From assembly GCA_023415915.1 (NCBI GenBank), contig JAEZIZ010000096.1, positions 217 to 64,216 on the forward strand: a stretch of DNA of 64,000 bases, given 5' to 3'. Each line of letters begins with the position of its first letter. Within the stretch, counting starts at the first letter, position 1. The DNA is from Bacillota bacterium (GTDB lineage Bacteria > Bacillota > Clostridia > Christensenellales > SZUA-584). The position numbers and the translations under genes were made by a program. Below the pieces are notes generated by a model. It was not told where the DNA came from, did no database searches, and saw nothing but the letters and a program-made list of their open reading frames with translations. Below, in pieces: positions 9,731 through 19,875 of the stretch.

Positions 9731-10846
9731 TTACTTTTTTAAGACCTCCAGCGAGACCATGTTCTTGTAGGTCTGCGACTGGTCTTCCATTATCATTAGC
9801 TGTATGTTTCTGTATTCTTTCGAAGACCCTGTGTATATCACGCCATTATCCATATCAATTTTATTATCCATATTATCGATAACAGGACTGTAGAAATTCA
9901 GTAAATCCTCATATTCCGTTGCCGTTCCAAACATTACGCGGATATTCTTACCATCTTCGCTTTCATATACGTTTATAATGTTCGCGTCGGAAGCCAGCGG
10001 CAACACATCCACGGGAAAAGAATCCGGCAGCGGCAGATTTGTTCCTAATGTGCCCATTATACCGCCGAGGCTGTCAGACAAGTCTTCGCCTTCGTTGTCC
10101 TCCTCCTGCTCTTCCTGCTCGCTTTCGTTAATCAGGGATTCTATCTTGGCCATTGCCTGCTGATACTCTTCGCCGCTCTGCTGCGGATCTCCGGTTAACA
10201 GGCCTTTAAAAGTGCTGCCTACATTAAACGCGGGAACGTCCACTTCCACCTTGCCCGATTTAACGGCTATTCTCATAACTATCGGCGCTGTGCCGGAAGC
10301 AGAATCGTTATAGCCTGCGTTCACGTTTTCCCCGGTAACGCTTGGGTTTACTATTCCCGTACCCGTCATCTCCGCTGAGAAAAGCGCCATCGATTCATAT
10401 TCGACAAGCGGCACAAGAGGCGGATCATCCTTCTTTAAGCCATAACGGGAATACTCCTCCTTGTCGTAAGGCACGATTTCGAAGCTGAGATTGTTGGCAA
10501 AGGCCTTAACATCAAATCCGCCGCTCACATCGAAAAAGCTGTTTGACAGATTGGAGGCGTCCAATTCGCTGCTTATGTAAGCCGCGCCGTTATAGACGCC
10601 GTATACATCCGTGCCCCCTTCCTTTTCCGCGATAAAGACCAAAGTATGATTCACCGTCAGTTCGTCGGAAGTAACGGGAATTGTCTGGTCAACTTTCAGC
10701 AGCCAGTTACACTCAAGCGGGCTTTCTGTCGCTTTTTGCGGCTCGACGCTTTTAGCGGGAGCATCCGCTTCAGGCGAACAGCCCGCAAGCAAGCACGCAG
10801 ATACCAAAAATACCAATAGTACAGTAATAATATAATGTTTTTTCAT
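9731..10846 (-). CDS. Hypothetical lipoprotein with an acidic low-complexity insert
   Basis: Lipobox LLAGCS. ESEQEEQEEDNEGEDLSD stretch. No family recognised. Confidence 0.6.
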   Translation of the reverse strand: MKKHYIITVLLVFLVSACLLAGCSPEADAPAKSVEPQKATESPLECNWLLKVDQTIPVTSDELTVNHTLVFIAEKEGGTDVYGVYNGAAYISSELDASNLSNSFFDVSGGFDVKAFANNLSFEIVPYDKEEYSRYGLKKDDPPLVPLVEYESMALFSAEMTGTGIVNPSVTGENVNAGYNDSASGTAPIVMRIAVKSGKVEVDVPAFNVGSTFKGLLTGDPQQSGEEYQQAMAKIESLINESEQEEQEEDNEGEDLSDSLGGIMGTLGTNLPLPDSFPVDVLPLASDANIINVYESEDGKNIRVMFGTATEYEDLLNFYSPVIDNMDNKIDMDNGVIYTGSSKEYRNIQLMIMEDQSQTYKNMVSLEVLKK

Positions 10847-10867
10847 TTTAAGTCCTTTACTTTAAAG

Positions 10868-11074
10868 TCAGCATTTCGTTATTTTCGATGTTCCGGAGCC
10901 TTTTCCGTCGCCCCCTTTATTCCCGCCATTTCCCCCGTCGTTTTCGCCCGACGATTCAGACTCGGCAGCATTCAGCCCCTGTTCCCCGCACGTTTTGTTT
11001 GCCTCCGCAAACTTGCCTATCACTAACAGGCAATATACCAAAGAAAGAAGCGCCGCGGTTTTGGGATTTTTCAT
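10868..11074 (-). CDS. Small hypothetical secreted/membrane peptide, Gly/Asn-rich (68 aa)
   Basis: Start at MKNPK (GGAGG SD 7 nt upstream). One N-terminal hydrophobic helix, then GENDGGNGGNKGGDGKGSG, with Cys near both ends of the tail. Confidence 0.45.
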   Translation of the reverse strand: MKNPKTAALLSLVYCLLVIGKFAEANKTCGEQGLNAAESESSGENDGGNGGNKGGDGKGSGTSKITKC

Positions 11075-11334
11075 ACTATCAACCTCCATTTTTATAATAG
11101 TTATATACCCCGCTGAACAACTGATTTAACATAGCTTTTTATTCGTCTTTAAATTTTAAATTGTCTAATAACGCGGGTATTCGTATTCATCAGACATTTG
11201 TTAAAAGCTTATCTTTAATTGATATTATCATTAAGAAATGCGCAATTCTTTTTAAACGGCTCATAATATGTTTTAAAAAATATCATTTTGCCGCACAAAA
11301 ATTGAAGCTGATGAACTAAAATGTAATTTCATTA

Positions 11335-12189
11335 TCACTTTGTATTTATTTTTTTATACTCAGAGGGCGACATATTCAAATGACGTTTAAATACGGTGGA
11401 AAAGTGTCCGGAGTTTACAAAACCGCATAATCTGGCGACTTCCTCAATAGAGTGCTCATTTTTAAGCAAAAGTTCTTTTGATTTTTCAATGCGTATACTC
11501 GTTAAATACTGATAAGGCGTTTGCCCCGTACATTCCTTGAATACCCGTTTAAAATGGCAATGGCTCAAATATATCAAGCTGCAGATATCGTTAATGCTGA
11601 TATTGGCATTATAATAATTCTCCATGTACTCTATAGCCGCGCTGATGTATTTATTATCCCTGGCAGGTACTGTTGACTTATTATTCAGATCCCGTATCAG
11701 CTGAAAAACGATCTGCGTACAAATACTCTCTACCATCAGGGGATAAGACCCCCCATAGTTCATCATCTCCCGCTGAAAATTGCCGACCAAATCCAGCAGC
11801 TGTGTACCGTACACGCCGTGATTCTTTTTAAACTCAAAAGCATTTCCACCAGCCGCTTCCGATGCTATTTTAACAAAGAAATCCTTTTGTACTGCGATAT
11901 GCAGGTACTTTCCGTACTTCCTGTTATCGCCCGGTACGCCGTACACCTCTTGCCACGGCTGTATTACCAATAAGCCGCCTTTTTTAAATTTGTACTCGCG
12001 GCCGTTTATTCTGATTGTGGGAGATTCAGAAAAAAACAGGAGAAAATGAAAATCATCGACACAGATTACTTTTCCAAGCGCATATTCTTCAGGTTCAAAA
12101 ATAGCCATGTACCTGCAAATATGAGATTTGGTCCTTAGGTACATGTCTTTTGGTATGGCTTCGACAAAGTAGCTGAAATTCTGATTCAC
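11335..12189 (-). CDS. AraC-family transcriptional regulator
   Basis: Cupin-like N-terminal domain and a C-terminal double HTH (SLIYLSHCHFKRVFK...GFVNSGHFSTVFKR). Confidence 0.85.
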   Translation of the reverse strand: MNQNFSYFVEAIPKDMYLRTKSHICRYMAIFEPEEYALGKVICVDDFHFLLFFSESPTIRINGREYKFKKGGLLVIQPWQEVYGVPGDNRKYGKYLHIAVQKDFFVKIASEAAGGNAFEFKKNHGVYGTQLLDLVGNFQREMMNYGGSYPLMVESICTQIVFQLIRDLNNKSTVPARDNKYISAAIEYMENYYNANISINDICSLIYLSHCHFKRVFKECTGQTPYQYLTSIRIEKSKELLLKNEHSIEEVARLCGFVNSGHFSTVFKRHLNMSPSEYKKINTK

Positions 12190-12397
12190 GATGATTCCCT
12201 GATGCTTAATGATTATTATTGCTTAGTTACATAATATAATATATATCATCATTACTCCGTACGCAACCAAATGTAAAGCCTTATTGAATCGGCGCAGTAC
12301 CCGTTGCTTTTTTCAAAGAACGCTTAACTCTTCGGGGAGTATGCCTAACGGCATGTTGAGACGGTGTGTTTTGTCTCTTTCAGCTATAAACATTTTG

Positions 12398-12865
12398 TTA
12401 TGTTTGTTTTATAACTTTGCCGATAGCGTCCTTTATAGACTGATACCCCGTACAACGGCAGATATTTGATTGAAGCCATGATTCAATCGTATAATCGTCA
12501 GGCTGGGGATGTATTTGTAAAAGGGCATGGCAAACCATTATGAATCCGGGCGTGCAGTATCCGCATTGAAACGCGGCTTGCTCGACGAACGCTTTTTGTA
12601 CAGGCGTATTGACCAAACCCTCAATAGTCGTTATTTTATGGCCTATCCCTTCAACAGCGAGCATAATACACGATTTTATCGGCCATCCGTCTACCAATAC
12701 TGTGCAAGCTCCGCAGTCGCCGTTTTCACATCCCGGTTTAGTACCTGTTAAACCAATCTTGTTCCTCAGAACTTCCAATAAAACATCGGAGGGCCTTACC
12801 ACAACTTCATAAAGGTGGTTGTTGATATCCAGCGTAATATTGCTTTTACCTGCAAAGTGCAACAT
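12398..12865 (-). CDS. [2Fe-2S]-binding small subunit of a xanthine dehydrogenase/CO dehydrogenase-family molybdoenzyme
   Basis: CENGDCGACTV and CGYCTPG ... CRCTGY cysteine motifs. Confidence 0.9.
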   Translation of the reverse strand: MLHFAGKSNITLDINNHLYEVVVRPSDVLLEVLRNKIGLTGTKPGCENGDCGACTVLVDGWPIKSCIMLAVEGIGHKITTIEGLVNTPVQKAFVEQAAFQCGYCTPGFIMVCHALLQIHPQPDDYTIESWLQSNICRCTGYQSIKDAIGKVIKQT

Positions 12866-12876
12866 CTTTTCTCCCC

Positions 12877-13683
12877 TCAGGTGCTAAGTATGTTTAACAC
12901 TAAATCCCGCAAAATAAACTCACGATATTCCGAACTGCCTTCCGTGTCATTCAAAACAGCCGACGGAAATCGTTGAATATATCGGTCGGCTATTTCTTCC
13001 TTAGAAGTGCTATAATCCAAACCATCAACTATGAACGGAAACCCGCATACTCCGCTGAATGCCATTTTTATTAAACCTTGGTGGCTTAGCGCAGAAACCG
13101 AAATCAATGGATACCCGATCTTTTCAGCCGAAACCTTTTTTATATGCCAATACTTATTATTAAGAAATTCCTTATCAATCGCTATGCTGACAAGAAGTTC
13201 TCCTTCCTTAAGACGTTTTCCGTTGTTAAAAGCATCTACGGCCTTTGAACTGTATAATTCGTTCGGCCCCGCTATGGCAACTTCAGCGTTCGAAAGGAAT
13301 AAAGGCAGCAGGCTTTCCCGGTAAATAATTGTTCCGCAAATATTGCCGCCGATTGTTATCTTATCCTGTACGGTATGATCCGCTATTCTGCCGCAAGCCT
13401 CGCCTAACAGAGGAAACAGGTTTGATACTTTTATAGCACTTAATGTAATCCCGGCGCCGATAACAAGCTTATTATCATCCATGCCGAAAACAGAGCATTC
13501 GGGAATACCTTTAATATCTATTACAACATCAGGGGAAATGCTGTTTAAGCGCGACATTGTAATTATTTCGGTGCCGCCGCCGTAATAAAACGGCTTAAGT
13601 CCGGCCTTTTGGGCGTCGGAAAATATTGTTACTGCTTCTTTAAGCGAATCAGGTTTATAGTATTCGAAATTAAAAGGTATCAC
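12877..13683 (-). CDS. FAD-binding medium subunit of the molybdopterin dehydrogenase
   Basis: 268 aa. GGGTEI FAD-binding PCMH-type pattern. Lies between the large and small subunit genes with a 4-nt overlap. Confidence 0.8.
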   Translation of the reverse strand: MIPFNFEYYKPDSLKEAVTIFSDAQKAGLKPFYYGGGTEIITMSRLNSISPDVVIDIKGIPECSVFGMDDNKLVIGAGITLSAIKVSNLFPLLGEACGRIADHTVQDKITIGGNICGTIIYRESLLPLFLSNAEVAIAGPNELYSSKAVDAFNNGKRLKEGELLVSIAIDKEFLNNKYWHIKKVSAEKIGYPLISVSALSHQGLIKMAFSGVCGFPFIVDGLDYSTSKEEIADRYIQRFPSAVLNDTEGSSEYREFILRDLVLNILST

Positions 13684-16007
13684 TTGTTAGCCTCCTTTGA
13701 TAGTTTCCATACAGTTTCAAAAGTTACAGGCAGGCTGTCAAATTCGGATCCGGTAGTTTGCGACAACGCATTTGCAATACAAGGCCCCATACCTAAGACC
13801 CCATGTTCTCCGATTCCTCTAAGCCCATAAGGCCCTTGAGGGTTGGGAGTCTCTATAAAATGAACAACATATTCCGGAACCTCTCCGTAATGTATAACTT
13901 TATACGTTCTCAGGCTGGTGTTTTCAAGCTTTCCGTTCTGGTCATACCGGTTATATTCGCGCGTCGCAAGGCTAAGGCCGATGTTCATGCTTCCGATAAC
14001 CTGCTCTGCTGCTGTAACAGGATTTATTACTTTTCCTGCGTCAATAACCGTTATTGCCCGGAGCAATCTGTATGAATGTTCTTTTTTATCGTATTCTATT
14101 TCCACCCCCTGCGCTCCCGGTGTCCAATACGGCCCAGGCTTCCCTTTACCGGTTTCCGCGTCAAGCTTTGTAAGGTGAGTCATAACGTAACTGCCGCGTC
14201 CTATTACCTGGCCGCCGACTGAATTGCCATTGGAATATTCAACTCCAAAAGCCAAGTCTTTAAAAGGAAGATATTGTGAAGGGTCGGATTTTAAATAAAT
14301 ACGTTCTTCTCCATGTTCTACGGCCGATTCCTCGCATCTCATAGAAATGGAAGCGATTTTTTTCATTTGATTTATAACATCGTCGACAGCGGCCAGTACC
14401 GCCTTGCCTAACATAAACGTAGACATACTTGCTACGGTTTTCCAATGTTCCGGGGATATGCGGGTGTTGACCTCAGCATTAATATGTATCTTGTTAACGT
14501 CTATTTTAAGCGCTTCAGCCAGAATTTGCGGAATTACCGTATGCATTCCGGGACCGCATTCAACAACGCTGCAATTTAAGTTGACGCTTCCGTCGGGGCA
14601 AAACATAACGACCGCTCCGGCTGACGCATCGGTAGGTGAACTGGACGTCTTTAAAAAGAGAGAAACGCCCTTTGCGCGTACTTTGCCGTTTCCAATGTCG
14701 GTATAATACCCTTCATTCCATTTCATAATCTCCTGCAGCTTATCGACGCAGCTCTGCGGGTTTCCGGTATTGGACAGTGTTATTCTTTCTTGGGTCGGGG
14801 ATGTATCTCCAGCTTTAATAAGGTTGATTTTCCTTAGCAAAAGAGGATCCATGCCCAATTTGCCGGCCAGTTTTTCTATTATCCGTTCAATGCAGAAGGT
14901 TGAAACCTCATGCCCGAAGCCTCTGAATGAAGTGGCATAAACGTGGTTAGTATATACACAAAGTGAATCACATTGTATATTTTCTATATTGTAAAGGCCG
15001 GAACAGCTTGCTGCCGCCGCCAGCGCCATTCTTGGGCCGGTATCGGCATAGGCGCCGCAATCAATCAGATATGTTACTTCGATAGCTTTAATTCTGCCCG
15101 CCGAATCCGCGCCTAACTTGATTCTCATATCCGCTCCAATTTTACATGCGGTTGCAAAATTCTCCTCTCTGGTCAGAGACAGCCTAACCATGCGCCCGCC
15201 TACGGCCTTTGACGCCAGGTATGCGATTAATTCAATATGCGGATTGACTTTGCCGCCGAAAGCGCCGCCGACTAAAGGAGTATGGATTATTACCTGCCCT
15301 TCCGATATCTTTAAATAATGAGCAACGAGTTTCCTTATGGCATGAGGGCCTTGGGAAGAAGTATAAATGTTCAAAGTTCCATCGGATAGTATCTCTACGC
15401 GCGCGTTTCGCGTTTCCATATAAACGTGATTTGCTTGAGGCAGAAAGTAATTTGCTTCGATAACAACAGCGCTTTCAGACCAGCCTTTTTGCATATCGCC
15501 TTTTCTTATTTTTACGCGGTTGACTATATTCGTCCCTTTCTCTGGGCGTATTTCCTCAATGATGGTTTCGTAATTAGATAAATCTTCGTGTATTAACGGA
15601 GCCCCGGCAAGAACCGCTTCGGATGCGCTGTTAATTAAAGGCAGGGGCTTATACTTAACGATTATTTTTTGTGCAGCCTGCGCTGCCTGCCATTCCTCGT
15701 CGGCAACTACAACCGCTATCGGTTCTCCGTAATACCTTGTTCTTCTATCAGCCAAAACAGGCATGTCTCTAATCAACGACCCCATAAGAATTTTCTCATC
15801 TTCTCCTGTAACAATCGCATGTACGCCAGGCGATTTTAACGCCTCAGAAACATCGATTGTTTCTATAACGGAGTGTGCTTCAGTACTGGTAAGCAGCCTT
15901 GCGTGAAGCATGGACGAAGAGTATATATCATCATTGTACTTTGCCGATCCGGTTACCTTATTCCATGCGTCCTTTCTTATTGTTTCACTGCCGACATTTT
16001 GAACCAT
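13680..16007 (-). CDS. Molybdopterin-binding large subunit (aldehyde oxidase/xanthine dehydrogenase family)
   Basis: 775 aa. N-terminal a/b-hammerhead region (KVTGSAKYNDD) and GGAFGGK, FRGFG motifs typical of the family. Confidence 0.85.
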   Translation of the reverse strand: MVQNVGSETIRKDAWNKVTGSAKYNDDIYSSSMLHARLLTSTEAHSVIETIDVSEALKSPGVHAIVTGEDEKILMGSLIRDMPVLADRRTRYYGEPIAVVVADEEWQAAQAAQKIIVKYKPLPLINSASEAVLAGAPLIHEDLSNYETIIEEIRPEKGTNIVNRVKIRKGDMQKGWSESAVVIEANYFLPQANHVYMETRNARVEILSDGTLNIYTSSQGPHAIRKLVAHYLKISEGQVIIHTPLVGGAFGGKVNPHIELIAYLASKAVGGRMVRLSLTREENFATACKIGADMRIKLGADSAGRIKAIEVTYLIDCGAYADTGPRMALAAAASCSGLYNIENIQCDSLCVYTNHVYATSFRGFGHEVSTFCIERIIEKLAGKLGMDPLLLRKINLIKAGDTSPTQERITLSNTGNPQSCVDKLQEIMKWNEGYYTDIGNGKVRAKGVSLFLKTSSSPTDASAGAVVMFCPDGSVNLNCSVVECGPGMHTVIPQILAEALKIDVNKIHINAEVNTRISPEHWKTVASMSTFMLGKAVLAAVDDVINQMKKIASISMRCEESAVEHGEERIYLKSDPSQYLPFKDLAFGVEYSNGNSVGGQVIGRGSYVMTHLTKLDAETGKGKPGPYWTPGAQGVEIEYDKKEHSYRLLRAITVIDAGKVINPVTAAEQVIGSMNIGLSLATREYNRYDQNGKLENTSLRTYKVIHYGEVPEYVVHFIETPNPQGPYGLRGIGEHGVLGMGPCIANALSQTTGSEFDSLPVTFETVWKLSKEANK

Positions 16008-16167
16008 TCTAAAATACCTGTTGAATTTATTTACTGGTTTTATGCTTTCTGATATTTCCCTTTTTATTCAATAACGAATCACACTTAAAATGTTTTAAAG
16101 GTTAAAATGAATAATCGATTACTTGCATCATGATAATAAGAAATAAAAACCAGTGTTGAGAAATGTA

Positions 16168-16752
16168 ATGTCCGAAAATATAACGCCGCCAAAAATCAGC
16201 TTATGGCCGGAAGATAAGGCGCCGGAAGGCGTTAATGGATGTACTCGCTGCGAGCTATGCAAACATAAATCACGAATAATCTGGGGAGAAGGCAATCCGC
16301 AGGCTAAAGTTATCATAGTACTTGATAATCCGGGGCGCAGAGAAGATAAAGAAGGTACACCATTTGTATGCGGAGCAAGAGAAACCATTCAAGCAGCTGC
16401 GTTCGCCGCAGGTTTTGATCAAAACGATTTATATGTGACATACATATTAAAATGCCGGCCAAAAAGGGCGTACAATAAAGAAGTTTCGCGCAATATATGC
16501 ATAGAGTATTTGGAACAGCAGCTGAACGCTTACAATTACATTGCGGCCTTTTGCCTGGGGGATGTTGCCGTAAAATCGTTCTTCAACGACCAGGAGCGGA
16601 ATGTAAAAAACACAAGAGGATCTTGGAATATAGTTCGGGGTATGCCTACGTACGTAAGTTACCATCCGCTTGCGGTAAGGCGAAGGCCTAACTTATATGC
16701 CAACTTTATTAAAGACTGGGAAGCAGTAAAAAGCCGGGTTGATTCGGGTTGA
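16168..16752 (+). CDS. Uracil-DNA glycosylase, family 4-like (Fe-S type)
   Basis: CTRCELC cysteines, GEGNPQAKVIIVLDNPG...GTPFVCGA motif. Start uncertain (GTG 16153 or ATG 16168). Confidence 0.75.
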   Translation: MSENITPPKISLWPEDKAPEGVNGCTRCELCKHKSRIIWGEGNPQAKVIIVLDNPGRREDKEGTPFVCGARETIQAAAFAAGFDQNDLYVTYILKCRPKRAYNKEVSRNICIEYLEQQLNAYNYIAAFCLGDVAVKSFFNDQERNVKNTRGSWNIVRGMPTYVSYHPLAVRRRPNLYANFIKDWEAVKSRVDSG

Positions 16753-16806
16753 TGATAATATGAAAACAACTATATACCTTGCTTGCTTAGCGTTGTTTTT
16801 ACTCTT

Positions 16807-17613
16807 TTAACTGGTCTCTTGCACAGGAGCTATCATCACATTAACTCCCTTTTTTCTAAACTCTTCCACTGACTCATCGCTTATTCCGGAATCCGTAACC
16901 ATACCGTCTATTGCTGAAAGGTCGCAGATAAACTTTAGAGAGTTTCGCCCAACCTTTGAGTGATCCGCCAAAGCAATCGATTTGGCAGAAATATTCATAA
17001 GGTTTATTTTCGCTCCCGCTTCGTCTCCACCCGTTATCGTTAACCCAAGGTCCGGACTGACTCCATTGATACCCATAAGGAACAGGTTTGCGCGCATTTT
17101 TTCGAGTACAAATTGCTGGTATTCGTCATAAAAGGAACTACGTTTAGCGTTGTACATACCGCCAAACAGATACAGGTCGATATTATCCGGTACAGACATC
17201 AGTATGAACGCAGCGCGGGCTGAGCTCGTCAATACCGTCAGCTTGATATCCCTTCGTGCTATCTCCCTTGCTACTTCGAGGCAGGTCGTGCCAGCGTCAA
17301 GTATTACGGTAGTATGCGGCACGAGAAGGTTTTCCGCTACATACCGCGCTATGGCTTGTTTCTCCTTAAGATAGATCGTCTCGCGGCTGCTCCAGTCCTC
17401 TAAGTTGTAAGGCGTCGTATTCGTCTTTACGGCGCCGCCGAACGTCCTGCGCAGCAGTCCTTTTTTCTCGAGCCGTGCAAGATCGTTGCGTATAGTGGAT
17501 TCGCTGCAGCCTGTTTTCTCACAAAATACGGAAATAGTAACAACATCGTTGCTGTTAAGCAGGCGAAGTATCTCATCCTGTCTTTTTTCGGCTTTACCCT
17601 TTTCCGTAGCCAT
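16807..17613 (-). CDS. DeoR-family transcriptional regulator
   Basis: N-terminal HTH (SESTIRNDLARLEKKGLLRR) and a DeoR C-terminal sugar-phosphate sensor domain. AAGGAGA SD. Confidence 0.85.
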   Translation of the reverse strand: MATEKGKAEKRQDEILRLLNSNDVVTISVFCEKTGCSESTIRNDLARLEKKGLLRRTFGGAVKTNTTPYNLEDWSSRETIYLKEKQAIARYVAENLLVPHTTVILDAGTTCLEVAREIARRDIKLTVLTSSARAAFILMSVPDNIDLYLFGGMYNAKRSSFYDEYQQFVLEKMRANLFLMGINGVSPDLGLTITGGDEAGAKINLMNISAKSIALADHSKVGRNSLKFICDLSAIDGMVTDSGISDESVEEFRKKGVNVMIAPVQETS

Positions 17614-17634
17614 AAGACTTATCTCCTTATAATT

Positions 17635-18606
17635 CTATACCGGTATTTTTGCACCGATTGACTCAGCCGCCATAGCGCAGGCGCCCATTACACCCGCATC
17701 AGTATAAAGCTTTCCTGCCACAATACTGCATTCCTGTATTGGGTGCATCAACGATTGTCTTACAAGCTCACGAACCGGAGCAAGGATACGATCTCCCGAA
17801 CGGGATACGCCCCCTCCAATGATAATCATTCCGGGATTAAACAAGTCTATTAAATTGACGAGTCCTACGCTTAGCTTTTGTACAAACAAGCCTATCGCTT
17901 TTACGCACGCCTCGTCACCGATATCGTACCCGTCATCTATCATCTTACCATCGAGGGCAAAAATATCGTTATTTGTATATTTTAACAGAACCGTGTCGGG
18001 ATATTCAAGTGCAAATCTTTGAGCGTAGCGTATGAGCGCCTTTCCACTGCAGCAGCTCTCAAAGCAGCCGCGCTTACCACAAGCGCATAGGTCTCCGCCC
18101 GTTTCAATAACCATGTGTCCCGTCTCCGCCGCCACATAATTTTCGCCGCGCAGCAATTTGCCGTCAATTATAATACCCGAGCCCAGGCCCGTGCCCAGCG
18201 TCAGCAGTATTATATTTTTCTGCCCCCTGCCCGCTCCAAAATAATACTCGCCAAGAGCGTTGACGGCGCCGTCGTTCTCCGCAAAAGCAGGCACGCCGTA
18301 GTGTTCCCTTATAGGCTTTGCCACATCGATATTACGCCACTTTAAGAAAGGTACTTCGTGAGCGATACTCGTACGGTAGTCTGTGAGTCCGGGTATTCCT
18401 ATGCCGATGCCTCGTAAAGCGGATTTATCTGCGTTTACTCCTAAAAGGAGCTCGTCGACTACTTCAAAGATGCGCTCGAACGTCACCTCGGGAGATTGCC
18501 TATACGGTGTAGGCACCTGCGCCCTGGCGACGATAGTAAAACTCTCGTCCATGAGCGCAGCTTTTATATATGTTCCTCCAAGGTCTATGCCCGCTATATA
18601 TTTCAT
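17635..18606 (-). CDS. ROK-family sugar kinase
   Basis: DLGGTYIK ATP motif and the ROK Zn motif GHMV...CACGKRGCFESC. Confidence 0.85.
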   Translation of the reverse strand: MKYIAGIDLGGTYIKAALMDESFTIVARAQVPTPYRQSPEVTFERIFEVVDELLLGVNADKSALRGIGIGIPGLTDYRTSIAHEVPFLKWRNIDVAKPIREHYGVPAFAENDGAVNALGEYYFGAGRGQKNIILLTLGTGLGSGIIIDGKLLRGENYVAAETGHMVIETGGDLCACGKRGCFESCCSGKALIRYAQRFALEYPDTVLLKYTNNDIFALDGKMIDDGYDIGDEACVKAIGLFVQKLSVGLVNLIDLFNPGMIIIGGGVSRSGDRILAPVRELVRQSLMHPIQECSIVAGKLYTDAGVMGACAMAAESIGAKIPV

Positions 18607-18632
18607 ATCGCATCTCCACCTTTTTTAAGCAG

Positions 18633-19199
18633 CTATTCTAAGTTTGCATGGCGTTTCATCAGCGCCGTGTTGCTCTCCGTAATATTGCAGCGTTCAATGA
18701 TGTATACCATTGTGGCATCCCCGAACAGGAGCACGCTTTGTTCAAACGTGTTTGCGCCGGGTTGTATAGACTTGACGCTCTCCCGCGTCCCCTTTGTCGT
18801 GGCCGCATTTATCCGGACGATATGATCCGCTAATTTTCCTATTGTCGATTCGGGATATATTGTTATAAGCGCTACGCTTGCTCCCGCCTTTTTTGCTTTA
18901 TTAGCCATAACGACAAGCGTTCCAGTTTCGCCGCTGCCCGAAGCGATTATCAGCAGATCTCCGGGCCCTATAGCAGGCGTTACCGTCTCGCCTACGACAT
19001 ACGCTTCAAATCCCATGTGCATAAGGCGCATGGCAAGCCCCCGTATCATAAGTAACGAGCGCCCGCACCCCGCCACAAACACCTTCTTGGAAGCGATTAT
19101 TGCATCCGCGAACGTCTGCGCCTGCTGCTTGTCTATTTTGCTGAGCGATTCTTCCAGTTCTTTCAGTATTGCATGGCAAATATCGATTGTATTGTTCAT
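18633..19199 (-). CDS. hxlB: 6-phospho-3-hexuloisomerase (SIS domain)
   Basis: Start at ATG MNNTIDI (GGGGGA SD). GCGRSLLMIRGLAMRLMHMGF, SGSGET and C-terminal HANLE closely resemble B. subtilis HxlB as recalled. Confidence 0.85.
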   Translation of the reverse strand: MNNTIDICHAILKELEESLSKIDKQQAQTFADAIIASKKVFVAGCGRSLLMIRGLAMRLMHMGFEAYVVGETVTPAIGPGDLLIIASGSGETGTLVVMANKAKKAGASVALITIYPESTIGKLADHIVRINAATTKGTRESVKSIQPGANTFEQSVLLFGDATMVYIIERCNITESNTALMKRHANLE

Positions 19200-19214
19200 A
19201 CTTTTTTCCCCCAA

Positions 19215-19841
19215 TTACAGCAATGCCTCTTTCATTTCTTTTGCTGCGGCCCTTATATCATTCGCATTTGTCAGAGACCCGCCCGCTATGATGATCGCGG
19301 GGTTTTCAGCTTTATATGATGCTATTGTTTTCATATTGACTCCACCCGCCACAGCCGACATGGATGCAGGCACGGCCGATACGAGTTCCTTAAGATCTCC
19401 CAGCGGCGTCTTGCCAAGCTTCTGAACGTCTACGGCCGTATGCACCGAAATAAGATCTATTCCCATTGCCTCAAGCTCTTTTGCCCGCTTCGGTATATCC
19501 GTTATACAGATGAGGTCCGCCATTACAAGCTTTCCATATTTATGCGCTGTTTCCGTTACGGCCTTTACAGTCTCGTTATCAGCAAACGCGAGCACTGTAA
19601 CGATATCTGCACCCGCTTCACAGGCGTAAGCACACTCTATGTCTCCCCCGTCCACTATCTTTGTGTCCGCAAGCACGGTCATATTCGGATATTTCTCTTT
19701 GATGAGCCGTACAGGAACAAGCCCTTCGCGTATTATCATCGGGGTCCCAACTTCCACGATGTCTACAATGTCGTGTATTTTTTCTACTATTGCGAGCGCT
19801 TCCTCGCTTGTAGCCAGATCGATTGCAATTTGCAGTTTCAT
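19215..19841 (-). CDS. hxlA: 3-hexulose-6-phosphate synthase (OMPDC suprafamily)
   Basis: MKLQIAIDL...DIVEVGTP...VLADTK...VHTAVDVQKLGKTP pattern resembles HxlA more than UlaD/SgbH. Adjacent to PHI. Confidence 0.8.
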   Translation of the reverse strand: MKLQIAIDLATSEEALAIVEKIHDIVDIVEVGTPMIIREGLVPVRLIKEKYPNMTVLADTKIVDGGDIECAYACEAGADIVTVLAFADNETVKAVTETAHKYGKLVMADLICITDIPKRAKELEAMGIDLISVHTAVDVQKLGKTPLGDLKELVSAVPASMSAVAGGVNMKTIASYKAENPAIIIAGGSLTNANDIRAAAKEMKEALL

Positions 19842-19875
19842 TTTCTGTCCTTTCACATATGCTTTAATCGTTTGA

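Noticed and set aside
19215-19841. Alternative call of the OMPDC-family gene as 3-keto-L-gulonate-6-P decarboxylase (UlaD/SgbH, ascorbate pathway)
   Set aside because: The sequence blocks resemble HxlA more than UlaD. The gene is directly coupled to a clear PHI (HxlB-like, HANLE terminus). No UlaE/UlaF/UlaG-type genes are present. Residual uncertainty is noted in the finding.
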